Shown in pieces: positions 8,979 to 18,243 of a DNA stretch of 32,000 nt (positions are counted from its first letter, which is position 1; every line of letters starts with the position of its first letter). The notes under the pieces were generated by a model, which was not told the origin of the DNA, did no database searches, and saw only the letters and a list, made by a program, of their open reading frames with translations. A program made the translations under genes and the position numbers. Origin of the DNA: Candidatus Lokiarchaeum ossiferum (lineage in GTDB: Archaea; Asgardarchaeota; Lokiarchaeia; Sigyniarchaeales; Promethearchaeaceae); NCBI GenBank assembly GCA_025839675.1, contig CP104013.1:4440001-4472000 (forward strand). Direction: 5' to 3'.

Positions 8979-10289
8979 ATGACAGAATTGGATTTAGAAA
9001 ACATTTCACTACAGAATCGACCTAACCAAAGTAGACTCACTCAAGCAATCATAGGTCGGTTTGTTTTAGCGATTATTGTATCTTATTTAATTGTGAGGTT
9101 GTTTATCGATTTTGATTTTAGTTTTGGGATTGTATTTGGGGCACTATTTCTTTCAGTACTCGTGATTATACCTTTATGGAGCAACATCAATTATCTTCAA
9201 ATTAAAAAAACAAACTATGATTGTGTATCGGTTAAGAAAGATGGGATATCGCTTGAAGAAGATGGCAAATTGATTCATTTCATACCTCAAACTGAATTAT
9301 CTGAAATTAAGTTAACCTTCCACGCTAGTATTTTAGATGAACTGAATATTTTTCGGGATTCATTTAAGACTAAAAGCCAAATTAGAAGTCAAGATCGGAT
9401 TGACCGTCGATTTTATCTGAAAATTTCTGTGAAAGTAAAGACAAGTTCAAAGAAGCAAAATTTTTTTTGCATAGGCTCAGAATATGATGAAAGTCGCACC
9501 CATAAAGTGATGGCAAAGTTGATACCCTATATCTCCCAAAATTATAATATTTCATTCAAGTACAGTCGGAAAAAATGGGTAGATGGAGGTGGAATCCAAG
9601 TAAAACCTGATTTATATGATTTTACTCCAGAGAAAATCATGGAACAAAAGGAAAAAGGGCTTGTACTCACTGTAAAAGATGGGCAAGAATATCTCCATTT
9701 TCGATACAATAAAACACTTAAATTGCCTAATTTAATCTTTATGTCCATTTTTATATCCATTCTAATCGGTGTATTTAGTTTATTTTTCGTATTTTTTAAT
9801 CTTGAAGTCGTACCTGGTCTTTTATCTGGTGATATAAAATCAATCATGGGATTTTTATTACTAAACCCCGCTTTTTTGGTTATTTTAAGTATTTTTGTAA
9901 AAACTATTTTTGATTCCATCGCAAAATATCGTTATCGAAACATTTTGTTTTCATTTACCCCTAAGGGAATTCAAATTCAGGATACCAGAAAGGAAGGAGA
10001 TATTGATTTAGTCCCTGCAGAAAAACTTCAACTAATCCGCCTTTCAAAGCCTTGGTACTCAACTACAAGAGGAAATTCAAGATCGGCTCAAGCTAGAAAC
10101 CAAGTTATATATTATGACTTGACGCTAAGAATATTTACAATCGAAGGTCAAAAAAGAGTCTTTCGCACTTTCCTTACTACAAAAAATGAAGACGAATCGC
10201 GAGAAATGGCTGGTTCCATTGAATCATATGCTCGTGATACTTGGAATGTTCCCGAAATAATCAATCCATATCATAAGGAATTATCCTAA
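8979..10289 (+). CDS. Membrane protein with an internally duplicated (2 TM + soluble beta-rich, bPH/YdbT-like) module; function unknown
   Basis: 436 aa. TM pairs lie at residues about 24-67 and 252-312. Each pair is followed by a similar segment: VSVKKDGISLEEDGKLIHFIPQTELSEIKL versus FSFTPKGIQIQDTRKEGDIDLVPAEKLQLIRL. Confidence 0.55.
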   Translation: MTELDLENISLQNRPNQSRLTQAIIGRFVLAIIVSYLIVRLFIDFDFSFGIVFGALFLSVLVIIPLWSNINYLQIKKTNYDCVSVKKDGISLEEDGKLIHFIPQTELSEIKLTFHASILDELNIFRDSFKTKSQIRSQDRIDRRFYLKISVKVKTSSKKQNFFCIGSEYDESRTHKVMAKLIPYISQNYNISFKYSRKKWVDGGGIQVKPDLYDFTPEKIMEQKEKGLVLTVKDGQEYLHFRYNKTLKLPNLIFMSIFISILIGVFSLFFVFFNLEVVPGLLSGDIKSIMGFLLLNPAFLVILSIFVKTIFDSIAKYRYRNILFSFTPKGIQIQDTRKEGDIDLVPAEKLQLIRLSKPWYSTTRGNSRSAQARNQVIYYDLTLRIFTIEGQKRVFRTFLTTKNEDESREMAGSIESYARDTWNVPEIINPYHKELS

Positions 10290-10327
10290 GTCGTTTTTTT
10301 TTCTTATTTCATATTTTAACCGTGTTT

Positions 10328-11404
10328 TTATGGAAAAGTAAAAGTATGCCATTTTTTAGAATAGTCCATTCCGATCACGATCGATATCTCCTTAGTATTC
10401 ATATTGAAAATATTCGACCATTGCGTTCCTCCCGTAGACCAATCTTGAGCAACATCTTCTAATAAATCCATTGCTTCTTGGGTGGATAGTTCTCCGTTTT
10501 TTTCCTTTAAGACACTTTCTACTAATGAATATCGCCAGCAATTTACTTTATCTGTTGTATCGCTTTCATATAAAAGAAAGTTGGTTGAGGTTTGCCATGG
10601 ATTTTCAGTAAGTATCACTTGCATTTCTCCGTCAGTAAATTCAATAATTGCCGAATTTCCAGATGCATCGGCTATTAAATAATGTAGGGGGGGTCCACCA
10701 ACAAAATCTACACTATAGTTTCGCCATAATAATATTGTCTCATCTACTGATGTGGCATAATCTAATGCTAATCGCATTACTTCCAATGATCCCAGTTTAA
10801 TTTTATTCAAATTTAAGATATTTTCAGAACCAGAAGCGGTCATGCACCCAATAGATAATCCATACTCATTCATCCCATCTAAAGGACAGTATGCGGCTTG
10901 AAGGTATTCATCATACGATGCATCAAGGAAATTTTTCTCTGAAGAAAAACCCAATATTCCCAGATCCACCATTGAATAAGAAGCGTAGGCATTAGTGGCA
11001 TTGGTAAATACTAAAAGTTTAGGTCCATCTTTCCAGTCAAAATTGCGGCCATAAAGAAAATCGTTATTATTATTTAAGGTGGCAAATATCGAACACGCCC
11101 AAGAATTTTGTGATGTTAATCTTTCAGGTTCTGCAACCCATTCATTGATGCCTGCTTGAAGATATTGCTCAAATCCATAATCTCCCCATAATTCGATATA
11201 ATAAAATGGATCTGTGTCCAATTTGACTAAACTCTGGAGAGTTAGTTCCGAATTGGAACAATCAATACATTTTTCTGAATTTTGATTCCAGATTTTTATA
11301 GACCAGGTGGTTGCAACGCCAATTATACAAAGGAGTATTATACCTAAAGTAATTCGTCGAGATGATTTTCTTTTTTTATCTTGGATTGTTGCTTTTTCCA
11401 CCAT
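10328..11404 (-). CDS. Membrane-anchored/secreted Ntn hydrolase of the linear amide C-N hydrolase (choloylglycine hydrolase / acid-ceramidase-like) family
   Basis: 358 aa. N-terminal signal anchor (ITLGIILLCIIGVATTW). A candidate nucleophile Cys sits in NSWACSIFAT, followed by the family-typical YGRNFDW. Confidence 0.65.
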   Translation of the reverse strand: MVEKATIQDKKRKSSRRITLGIILLCIIGVATTWSIKIWNQNSEKCIDCSNSELTLQSLVKLDTDPFYYIELWGDYGFEQYLQAGINEWVAEPERLTSQNSWACSIFATLNNNNDFLYGRNFDWKDGPKLLVFTNATNAYASYSMVDLGILGFSSEKNFLDASYDEYLQAAYCPLDGMNEYGLSIGCMTASGSENILNLNKIKLGSLEVMRLALDYATSVDETILLWRNYSVDFVGGPPLHYLIADASGNSAIIEFTDGEMQVILTENPWQTSTNFLLYESDTTDKVNCWRYSLVESVLKEKNGELSTQEAMDLLEDVAQDWSTGGTQWSNIFNMNTKEISIVIGMDYSKKWHTFTFP

Positions 11405-11592
11405 GGTTGCGCGCCCTATCTTACATACTTATCTTTACTATTTAACATTCTTTAGTTAATACATTGAAATGTTCATTTTCGGATGAACTAACTCTCGTTT
11501 ATTAACATAGTAGTGGTTTGAAGGATAAGGAAAAAAAGGATAACAATTCATAATAGAATTCAAGAAAAAAGACATGAAAATGATTATTTTAT

Positions 11593-11802
11593 TTATTCGA
11601 AGTGCTTATCTTTACAATCGGGACAAATTGAATGAGAAAAGCGCCCAAGAAAGTTATTTAAAGATAAGTTATTTGGAGTGATCCAATTTTCTTCGATTGA
11701 AATTGAATTACACCACGCACATTGCACTAAGTAGGCTCTGTGGTCTAATTTGTAGGGAAAACATGGAGAATTTGTGGATTTTGAGGACATTATTACTTTC
11801 AC
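11593..11802 (-). CDS. Small zinc-ribbon protein (CxxC...HxICPxC)
   Basis: 69 aa. CAWC plus HSICPDC gives four potential metal ligands. It is a stand-alone gene flanked by long intergenic regions. Confidence 0.45.
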   Translation of the reverse strand: MKVIMSSKSTNSPCFPYKLDHRAYLVQCAWCNSISIEENWITPNNLSLNNFLGRFSHSICPDCKDKHFE

Positions 11803-12133
11803 TGCTTATATTTGATTCAAGTATTTAACAATCACTTTTTTTTCTGATTTTTTACTCAGATGGTGTTACTTCTTTGAATGGAAAAAAAGATATGGTCTCA
11901 TGGGAAACCAATTTTTAGCAATTTCTTGTTCGAACTAATGAAATCATTTTCGTAATCTCAATAATTTCTAAAATTTATAAATTAATTTAAAGTCGGACGG
12001 AAAAAAAATCGCTTTTGTATCAAAATTTCATGAACATTCTTGATAGAAAAAAGCTCCCGACAGAAAAATGCGAAAGAAATATAAAATGAATTAAAATTTT
12101 TAACAAATCTATGGTTAGAGTACTTGATACGTA

Positions 12134-13039
12134 ATGGCAAATTTAACAGATGTCAAAGGACCGGTTTTAATTACAGGGGCAAGTTCTGGGATCGGATTCA
12201 GAACAACCTTGCATCTCGCAAGTATGGGGGTTGTTGTCTATGCTGGTGTGAGAAAAGAAGCTGACAAATCGCTTTTTAAAGACACAGAAAATGTCATACC
12301 GGTCATTGTTGATATAACCAAGATAGATCAAATAGAAGATTTGGTGAAATTTATCGAGAAACAAAAGCGCGGATTATTCGGGCTGATAAATAATGCGGGT
12401 GTTGGTGAATTAGGATCGATTACTGAATATTCCGATAAATTGATCCAACATCACTTTGATGTAAATGTTTTTGGACATATGCGCATCACACGAACCCTTC
12501 TTCCCTTCTTGAAAGAATCTCAAGGTAGAATTGTGATTACTGGGTCAATGAGTGGGATTTTGACCTCAAAGATTATGGGGTTGTATTCTATGTCAAAGCA
12601 TGCTATTGAAGCCTTTTCCAATGTTTTACGTGGTGAATTGGCTGAATTTAACATTCAAGTATCCTTAATCCAACCGGGCAATTTTAGATCCAAGGTATTG
12701 ACTAGTATGGTATCGAGATATAAAGAAGGGATTCATAAGGAAGAGCAAAATTCATTTATCCATAGTAAACGTATGGAAAAATTAGCTGAAATGGGTGAAC
12801 AAGATGCGGATCCTGTTCAAGTTGCGAAAGTGATGGAACAAGCTTTATTTTCCGACCAACCAAATGCAAGATATTTTGTAGGGAATAAACAGGAAGCTCA
12901 TGTTATGATTGAAGGCATTATGACTAAAATGTTGCAAATCAATCAAAATGAGCATCAAATGACTCGTGATGAATTGGTTGAACTATTAGATCAGCTTATT
13001 AAAGATTATAATGAACCGAAACCCTATCGGTATATCTGA
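12134..13039 (+). CDS. Short-chain dehydrogenase/reductase (SDR)
   Basis: 301 aa. TGASSGIG cofactor motif, NNAG, and the catalytic YSMSKHA (YxxxK) preceded by a Ser (GSMSG). Confidence 0.9.
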   Translation: MANLTDVKGPVLITGASSGIGFRTTLHLASMGVVVYAGVRKEADKSLFKDTENVIPVIVDITKIDQIEDLVKFIEKQKRGLFGLINNAGVGELGSITEYSDKLIQHHFDVNVFGHMRITRTLLPFLKESQGRIVITGSMSGILTSKIMGLYSMSKHAIEAFSNVLRGELAEFNIQVSLIQPGNFRSKVLTSMVSRYKEGIHKEEQNSFIHSKRMEKLAEMGEQDADPVQVAKVMEQALFSDQPNARYFVGNKQEAHVMIEGIMTKMLQINQNEHQMTRDELVELLDQLIKDYNEPKPYRYI

Positions 13040-13087
13040 TGATTCTTAAATATCAAACAAGTTTTTTCTTTTTCTGTAATTTTTTCA

Positions 13088-13642
13088 TTATCTTTCTGGG
13101 ATATACAGTCTTATTTCTGAAGAAGGCTTCGACCAATGAAAACGGTGATCATAATGCTCTAGATGGTCGATAATAAGTGGAGGTGGTGGGAGTAAAGGCT
13201 CTGGCTCAATATTTTTCTGTCTTTTCTGTTGTGTGATGTGGTCAAGGGTTTCAGGAAGGTGAATAAGGGCTCCCCGATGAATATGTTTTTGACAATGTAA
13301 AGATGGGATTTGAAGACCTACCATAGAAGCAATTTGAAATTTGAGATCTGAAACTTCAACACATGCCATATATTTCAAGATTTTCTGTTGAGTCTCATCA
13401 AATTGATGATAGAGGATTCCCCACTTTTCCCATCCCTTCGTTTTCTTTCGATTCGGAATCTGCTGCAATCGGTGGTTGAATGTTTGCCATAATTGACGAC
13501 TCGCTTGGTATTCAGGAAAAATCTTATGTTCAAAAACAATTTCCATACCGATGACCATCATGGAGGGTAGCTGGATCATATTCATTGGAGGGCTTTTTTG
13601 ATCGATAAAAGAAGAAAGTTTTTGCTGTTTCATACCTTGCAA
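13088..13642 (-). CDS. GyrI-like / AraC-effector-binding-like small-molecule binding domain protein (tentative)
   Basis: 184 aa. The pattern MMVIGMEI...LWQTFNHRLQQIP...WGILY...YMACVEVSD...IPSLHCQKHIHRG resembles GyrI-like domains. The track start is TTG at 13642. An ATG three codons downstream (13633) is an equally good start. Confidence 0.4.
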   Translation of the reverse strand: MQGMKQQKLSSFIDQKSPPMNMIQLPSMMVIGMEIVFEHKIFPEYQASRQLWQTFNHRLQQIPNRKKTKGWEKWGILYHQFDETQQKILKYMACVEVSDLKFQIASMVGLQIPSLHCQKHIHRGALIHLPETLDHITQQKRQKNIEPEPLLPPPPLIIDHLEHYDHRFHWSKPSSEIRLYIPER

Positions 13643-13701
13643 AGGGAAACTTGGGATTTAATCCCAATTGTTAAGTGACTAAGCCATGGAGAAATCTTGA
13701 A

Positions 13702-14679
13702 TTATGACTCAAATTCCATTAAATTTGCCCTTTTTAGTACGTGTAATGCATCTAATGTAACCCATGGGTTCATTTTCCGTTTTGCAACCCCTCCCCAATG
13801 CACGGGAGAATGATTTCGGCCTTCTTTTCCTAAATAGTATCTTATCTCGGCTGGAAAGCCTCCATCAGGTAACCGTTTTGAAACTAAAATATCTAAAGCT
13901 GGTTGACAGCGAGGATCTTTGAGTTTTTCTCCTTCTCCCAGAATTTTTAACGCATTTAAAATATTATAATGCCAGTACGATGGATAGGATAGTTGTATCC
14001 ATTTAGGATGAATTGGGAGTTGAGTATGTTGGCTCACATAAAGTTTTCGTTTGAGGAAGACTTCACTGGCGCGTTCGATGGTTTGAGCTAAGGAAGGGGA
14101 AGGGTGAGTGTGATGATAATGGATCAAAGCTCGATAGGGGATAAGGCTTTCATTATACGATGAGTGGCACGCTTTGGGATGTTTATCACAATTCCATCCT
14201 CCATCCTCCCATTGGTAATCTTGCAAACGTTGGATTAATTGTGCACATCTCCCATCATCCAAACCCAATTTGGTGAGTGCAAAAATTGCATTTCCCTCGA
14301 TAGAAGCACAAAACCGCCGCCGTCCTTCCAAAATGGGTGTTCGTTTCCAGTGGTGATCACTCAGTAACCATTCTAATTCCGCATCACGACTGGGAATCAG
14401 CGTTTTATCCTGAGGCGGATACTCGAGATCTGCCAAGATCGCCATAATCCAATGAGCACCATGCCATTTATGATAAACATCATAAGGCAAAGATGAATTT
14501 CCTTGAGGTAGATCTTTGAACAACTGTTGGACTATGGGCGACTTTTGCTTTAAATCTCTACAAATTTGCTTAACTTCTACAGTATCTAATTCATGATCCA
14601 AAAGGGTTCGATAAGTTTTCAACCGGATCAAAGGTTCTTTGGATTGCAATAATTGCGTGATGATAGGTAAAGTGGTCAT
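13702..14679 (-). CDS. Alpha/alpha-toroid (prenyltransferase/terpene-cyclase-like QW-repeat) protein, function unknown
   Basis: 325 aa. Two QW-like motifs are present: LIQRLQDYQWEDGGWN and ILVSKRLPDGGFP. I see no catalytic DxDD/DDxxD. Confidence 0.45.
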   Translation of the reverse strand: MTTLPIITQLLQSKEPLIRLKTYRTLLDHELDTVEVKQICRDLKQKSPIVQQLFKDLPQGNSSLPYDVYHKWHGAHWIMAILADLEYPPQDKTLIPSRDAELEWLLSDHHWKRTPILEGRRRFCASIEGNAIFALTKLGLDDGRCAQLIQRLQDYQWEDGGWNCDKHPKACHSSYNESLIPYRALIHYHHTHPSPSLAQTIERASEVFLKRKLYVSQHTQLPIHPKWIQLSYPSYWHYNILNALKILGEGEKLKDPRCQPALDILVSKRLPDGGFPAEIRYYLGKEGRNHSPVHWGGVAKRKMNPWVTLDALHVLKRANLMEFES

Positions 14680-14703
14680 TCTTTCGTCCTTTGTAAATCG
14701 GGA

Positions 14704-15483
14704 TTAAGAGTTTAAAATGGTTCGGATTTTTTCTCGGGAGAGTTGATCTGCTTGGAAAACTGGATCGGGTTGACGATGATCTGAGGTAGATTTCAAAGTG
14801 AGTCTGATGGCAAGTTCAATATCTACACGATATCCTTCGCTTATAAAAATGGGTTTTCGTTCATTAGCAGCACATATGGCATATCCAAGAATTTTATTCT
14901 CTTCTCTGTTCGGATCAAGTTCATTTTCATAAACGGGTGTTTTTTCTCCTCTTTGTCGAGTCAACTCTTTCCATGAGGATGTGCCTACAAATGGTGTTTT
15001 CGCAGCACCGAAGGTTGGAATGTCGAATACTACTCCTAATTGGATCGCTTCCCCAAATTGTAATGGATGGATAAGTCCATGACCATCACAAATAATTATC
15101 TGGGGTTTTCGGTGTAATTTAAGGATGGCTTGTGCAATCGGTAAACATTCCCGAAATCCTAAAAAACCGGGAATATAGGGAAAAAGTAAATTTTCTTGAT
15201 GGAATGTGGCTTCTATCAGTTTTCCTTCTTGAAGATCCCAAAGCGTGACACACGCTATTCCCCAAGTCGGATGTTTGTCCGGAGGAAATGAAATATCTAC
15301 TCCTGCAACATATCGTAACGCATCCAAATCTTCAATCTGTAATTTCTTTTGATTCGCATTTTGATAGAAAATTCGCCATTTATTTTGAAGGGATAGTGCT
15401 TCTTTCTCGGTTAAATCGGTTCGCATTAGATCATGCTTTAGAATATGATGTTTTTGTGAACTGTCACACCAACTTGTTTCCAT
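14704..15483 (-). CDS. nfi: Endonuclease V (deoxyinosine 3' endonuclease)
   Basis: 259 aa. Conserved motifs: YVAGVDISF (catalytic Asp), PYIPGFLGFRE, IICDGHGLIHP, GVVFDIPTFGAAK. The N-terminus is about 25 aa longer than typical. Met20 (15426) is an alternative start and would leave more room for the divergent promoters. Confidence 0.9.
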   Translation of the reverse strand: METSWCDSSQKHHILKHDLMRTDLTEKEALSLQNKWRIFYQNANQKKLQIEDLDALRYVAGVDISFPPDKHPTWGIACVTLWDLQEGKLIEATFHQENLLFPYIPGFLGFRECLPIAQAILKLHRKPQIIICDGHGLIHPLQFGEAIQLGVVFDIPTFGAAKTPFVGTSSWKELTRQRGEKTPVYENELDPNREENKILGYAICAANERKPIFISEGYRVDIELAIRLTLKSTSDHRQPDPVFQADQLSREKIRTILNS

Positions 15484-15522
15484 TGGTTTAACTAAGATGT
15501 TTCTCTATTTAATGTACTTGAA

Positions 15523-16845
15523 ATGTCAGAGAGTTCCACAATAACTTCCATGAGTAAAAAGGATCAACATGCATTGGAATCGATATCTTTTGTTCAAAAT
15601 TTTTCCAATGGGTTAATCGCTCCCTATATATCTATGATTGCATTAACTTTAGGTGCTACGGGGATTCATCTCGCTTGGATTTCGAGTATCTCAAATCTCT
15701 TTGTCTATTTCTTCAATCCCCTCTTTGGACGCTTGTCAGATAAAACACGGAAGCGCAAATCTTTCATTATTTTCTCCAATTTAACATGGTTCATTCCCTA
15801 TATTTTGATCCTTTGGGCTAAAACCCCTTTAGCCATTATTGTTTGTGTGGGTTGTGTATATATTTTATTGAGTATCGGTGTATCCCCTTGGAATGCATTT
15901 CAGAATGAACTTTTTCCTGCCAAAAAACGGGCCGAATTATCCAGTAAATTATTTTGGGTGTCAGCTATTGCCACTATGATCGCTACTTTTATCACAGGGT
16001 TTTTTTTGACTTTGGTGTTTGGAGAGATTCCATTCCAACAAATAATCTATTTACCTGTGATCATAAGTTTTCTCATGGCTAGTTTTGCCAGTTTCCGCCT
16101 TTCAAGGGTGGAACAACCCAATAAAAGATCAAATTCTTTGACTTTTGATGCATCTCGTTTGACTAATAGTGAAAAAAATGGGCAATTGAGCGAAAATAAA
16201 ACAGCTTTACAAGGGATACAATCAATATGGAATAATAAACCCTTTCGGAAATATGCCATTTTGAGTACTTTCTATTCGTTATTCCAATCCATGTTTTGGC
16301 CAATGTTCAGTTATAAACAAGTCTCGATCTTAAATGCATCCAACTTAGAGATTGCTCTTCTGGCCATTTCTATGAATTTTGCCATTTTTTTAACTGTGCG
16401 GCCGGGGGCTCGCTTATCAGATAGGTTCGGGCGGAGATACTTCATTTGGTTAAGTCGGATTACTCCGGCGTTCTTTGTATTCTTTTATATTCTTGCCACG
16501 GAAGTGTGGCATTTAGTTTTGATTCATATTGTAGTCAATGGGATCTTTAATCTTTGGGATCCGAGTAATCGGGCTTATTTGATGGATATCATTCCTGAAG
16601 ATGAAGGTGGTACTTATTATGGAGTCTTTAATTTGTTTACTGGAGTGGCATGCTTTTTTGGAGCTTTACTGGGAGGATATATTTTTGATAGTGCTAATGC
16701 ACTATATTCTACCACGACTGCATTCGCGATTGCTGTCGGGATCAGTTTAATTGGGCGTTTTTGTCTTAGTTGGGGTTTTTTAACTATTAAGGATGTTAAA
16801 ACGTTTCCGGATTCCTTTAAAAAAGTGTTAAAAAGAAGACATTAG
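15523..16845 (+). CDS. MFS-superfamily transporter
   Basis: 440 aa with about 12 TM helices in two halves joined by a central hydrophilic loop. The loop 2-3 motif GRLSDKTRKRK and the loop 8-9 counterpart ARLSDRFGRR are typical of MFS. Confidence 0.85.
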   Translation: MSESSTITSMSKKDQHALESISFVQNFSNGLIAPYISMIALTLGATGIHLAWISSISNLFVYFFNPLFGRLSDKTRKRKSFIIFSNLTWFIPYILILWAKTPLAIIVCVGCVYILLSIGVSPWNAFQNELFPAKKRAELSSKLFWVSAIATMIATFITGFFLTLVFGEIPFQQIIYLPVIISFLMASFASFRLSRVEQPNKRSNSLTFDASRLTNSEKNGQLSENKTALQGIQSIWNNKPFRKYAILSTFYSLFQSMFWPMFSYKQVSILNASNLEIALLAISMNFAIFLTVRPGARLSDRFGRRYFIWLSRITPAFFVFFYILATEVWHLVLIHIVVNGIFNLWDPSNRAYLMDIIPEDEGGTYYGVFNLFTGVACFFGALLGGYIFDSANALYSTTTAFAIAVGISLIGRFCLSWGFLTIKDVKTFPDSFKKVLKRRH

Positions 16846-16993
16846 TGTCGATGATAGATTTGTATCCTATCTTTCGAATTTTTTTTGGGGATTTAAATAA
16901 AAAAAAGGGAAAGTGGGTGATTCTTGGACTCCTGATGAGAAATTCACTACTGGTGATCTTTTAGACGCCGATTATCCCTCTTTTCCCTCTTTT

Positions 16994-17482
16994 CTATAGT
17001 GAATGGTAAATTTGTTTGATTTTTGCTAAAACTTTTTTATCATATCTTTTTCTTTGTTCCCAATTATGGAAACACTTATAAAAAATATTCTTTGAAAGGA
17101 GATCTGCTCTTACTAAACCGAGAAGAAAACTCCATAAATAATCACAATTTATTTGATGAGCTTGGCATTGAAGAATCAAATCTCTATCATTTGAAATTAT
17201 TACAGATAGATCCCTATGTCCAGTTATGAATAATTCTTGATCTGCTTGATCTAAATGGTGGAGTAAATATTGATTAACATATTTTTGGCGTTCTTCTTCA
17301 GATATTTCTACTGTAAAATCAATTTGTATTAAGGAATTTAGTTGATAGTGGTGGTATTCTTTGAGTAATTCTGCCGTCACTCCTATTCTAAATGCTTCAA
17401 GATTTTGCTCAAAATGAATCTTTTCTTCTTTCGTCAATCTATTGATTTCAAGAAGCGCACAAGTATCTAAAAATAGAAGCAT
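16994..17482 (-). CDS. PIN-domain (DUF3368/VapC-like) toxin
   Basis: 162 aa. N-terminal LLFLDTCALLE carries the first acidic residue of a PIN active site, with later acidic positions in IISNDRDLIL. It lies 2 nt downstream of the antitoxin-like gene. Confidence 0.65.
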   Translation of the reverse strand: MLLFLDTCALLEINRLTKEEKIHFEQNLEAFRIGVTAELLKEYHHYQLNSLIQIDFTVEISEEERQKYVNQYLLHHLDQADQELFITGHRDLSVIISNDRDLILQCQAHQINCDYLWSFLLGLVRADLLSKNIFYKCFHNWEQRKRYDKKVLAKIKQIYHSL

Positions 17483-17484
17483 TA

Positions 17485-17817
17485 TTAGTCCCTATGTTTG
17501 AGTAATTTTGAAAGATCAAAATTCAAGGCAAAATTTTCTTCTCTCGCTAATAAATTATCTGGAATGATTTCTATAGCATCTCTTTGAGCCCATTCTAAAA
17601 GAAATTTCTCATATGATAACCCAGACAATTTCCACGCTTTTTTAAATCCTATTTCTCCTTCCTTTAATCGTTGAAATGCTAATTCAATTCTTTTTGCTTG
17701 AATTTCTTTCAGTAAACTGCGTTTAGCAATCTCAGATAATGACATACCCTTGCTTTTAGCGACTTCTCGGATAATTTCCATATCCTCGGGATCAATTCGA
17801 AAATTAATTTGACTCAC
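17485..17817 (-). CDS. Antitoxin: ribbon-helix-helix N-terminus fused to a UPF0175-like HTH domain
   Basis: 110 aa. INFRIDPEDMEIIREVAKSKGMSLSEIAKRSL is RHH/CopG-like. AFQRLKEGEIGFKKAWKLSGLSYEKFLLEWAQRD is UPF0175-like. The stop is 2 nt from the PIN gene start. Confidence 0.6.
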   Translation of the reverse strand: MSQINFRIDPEDMEIIREVAKSKGMSLSEIAKRSLLKEIQAKRIELAFQRLKEGEIGFKKAWKLSGLSYEKFLLEWAQRDAIEIIPDNLLAREENFALNFDLSKLLKHRD

Positions 17818-18192
17818 GATAGAAAAAATAGCATCGTATCTTAATAAATCTGTGTATAAAAAATATTACCAATATTTTCTCTATCAAAATTTGGTTTTTT
17901 CTGAAATTTTAGAGGAAACTTAATTTTATTGAACAAATTCTGGTTTATTGGGATTATATTCTCTAGATCACCACTTTTTTTACTTTTTGATTTCATCTTG
18001 AAGTAAGAACCTATTCCACCATTTATGATTACTTAGTTATTACCTAATTTTAAAGATTTAATTTAAAAAGATCTCGCTACGGTATTAAGAATTTCTCCTT
18101 AATATTCATCTTCCTATGCGTTGCTGAGAGCGGTCGATGATCTGATTTAAGTCTTTTCCTTAATCTGAAAGGAATTGTGCCACTTCCATAAC

Positions 18193-18201
18193 TTTTTAAT
18201 A
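18193..18201 (+). promoter_or_regulatory. TATA-box-like element (TTTTTAATA) upstream of tRNA-Asp
   Basis: It lies about 43 nt upstream of the mature tRNA 5' end. This is compatible with an archaeal promoter plus a short RNase P-processed leader. Confidence 0.3.
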
Positions 18202-18243
18202 GGATGGCACACTGATAGAATTACTACTAAACGTAGCATCCGT

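Noticed and set aside
16846-16993. C/D-box sRNA-like strings (CGATGATA at about 16863; CTGATGA at about 16950) in the MFS/PIN convergent intergenic region, and GATGATCTGA at about 18136
   Set aside because: No correctly spaced D'/C'/D (CUGA) boxes or terminal stem could be found. The spacing between candidate boxes does not fit the 12-nt guide architecture.
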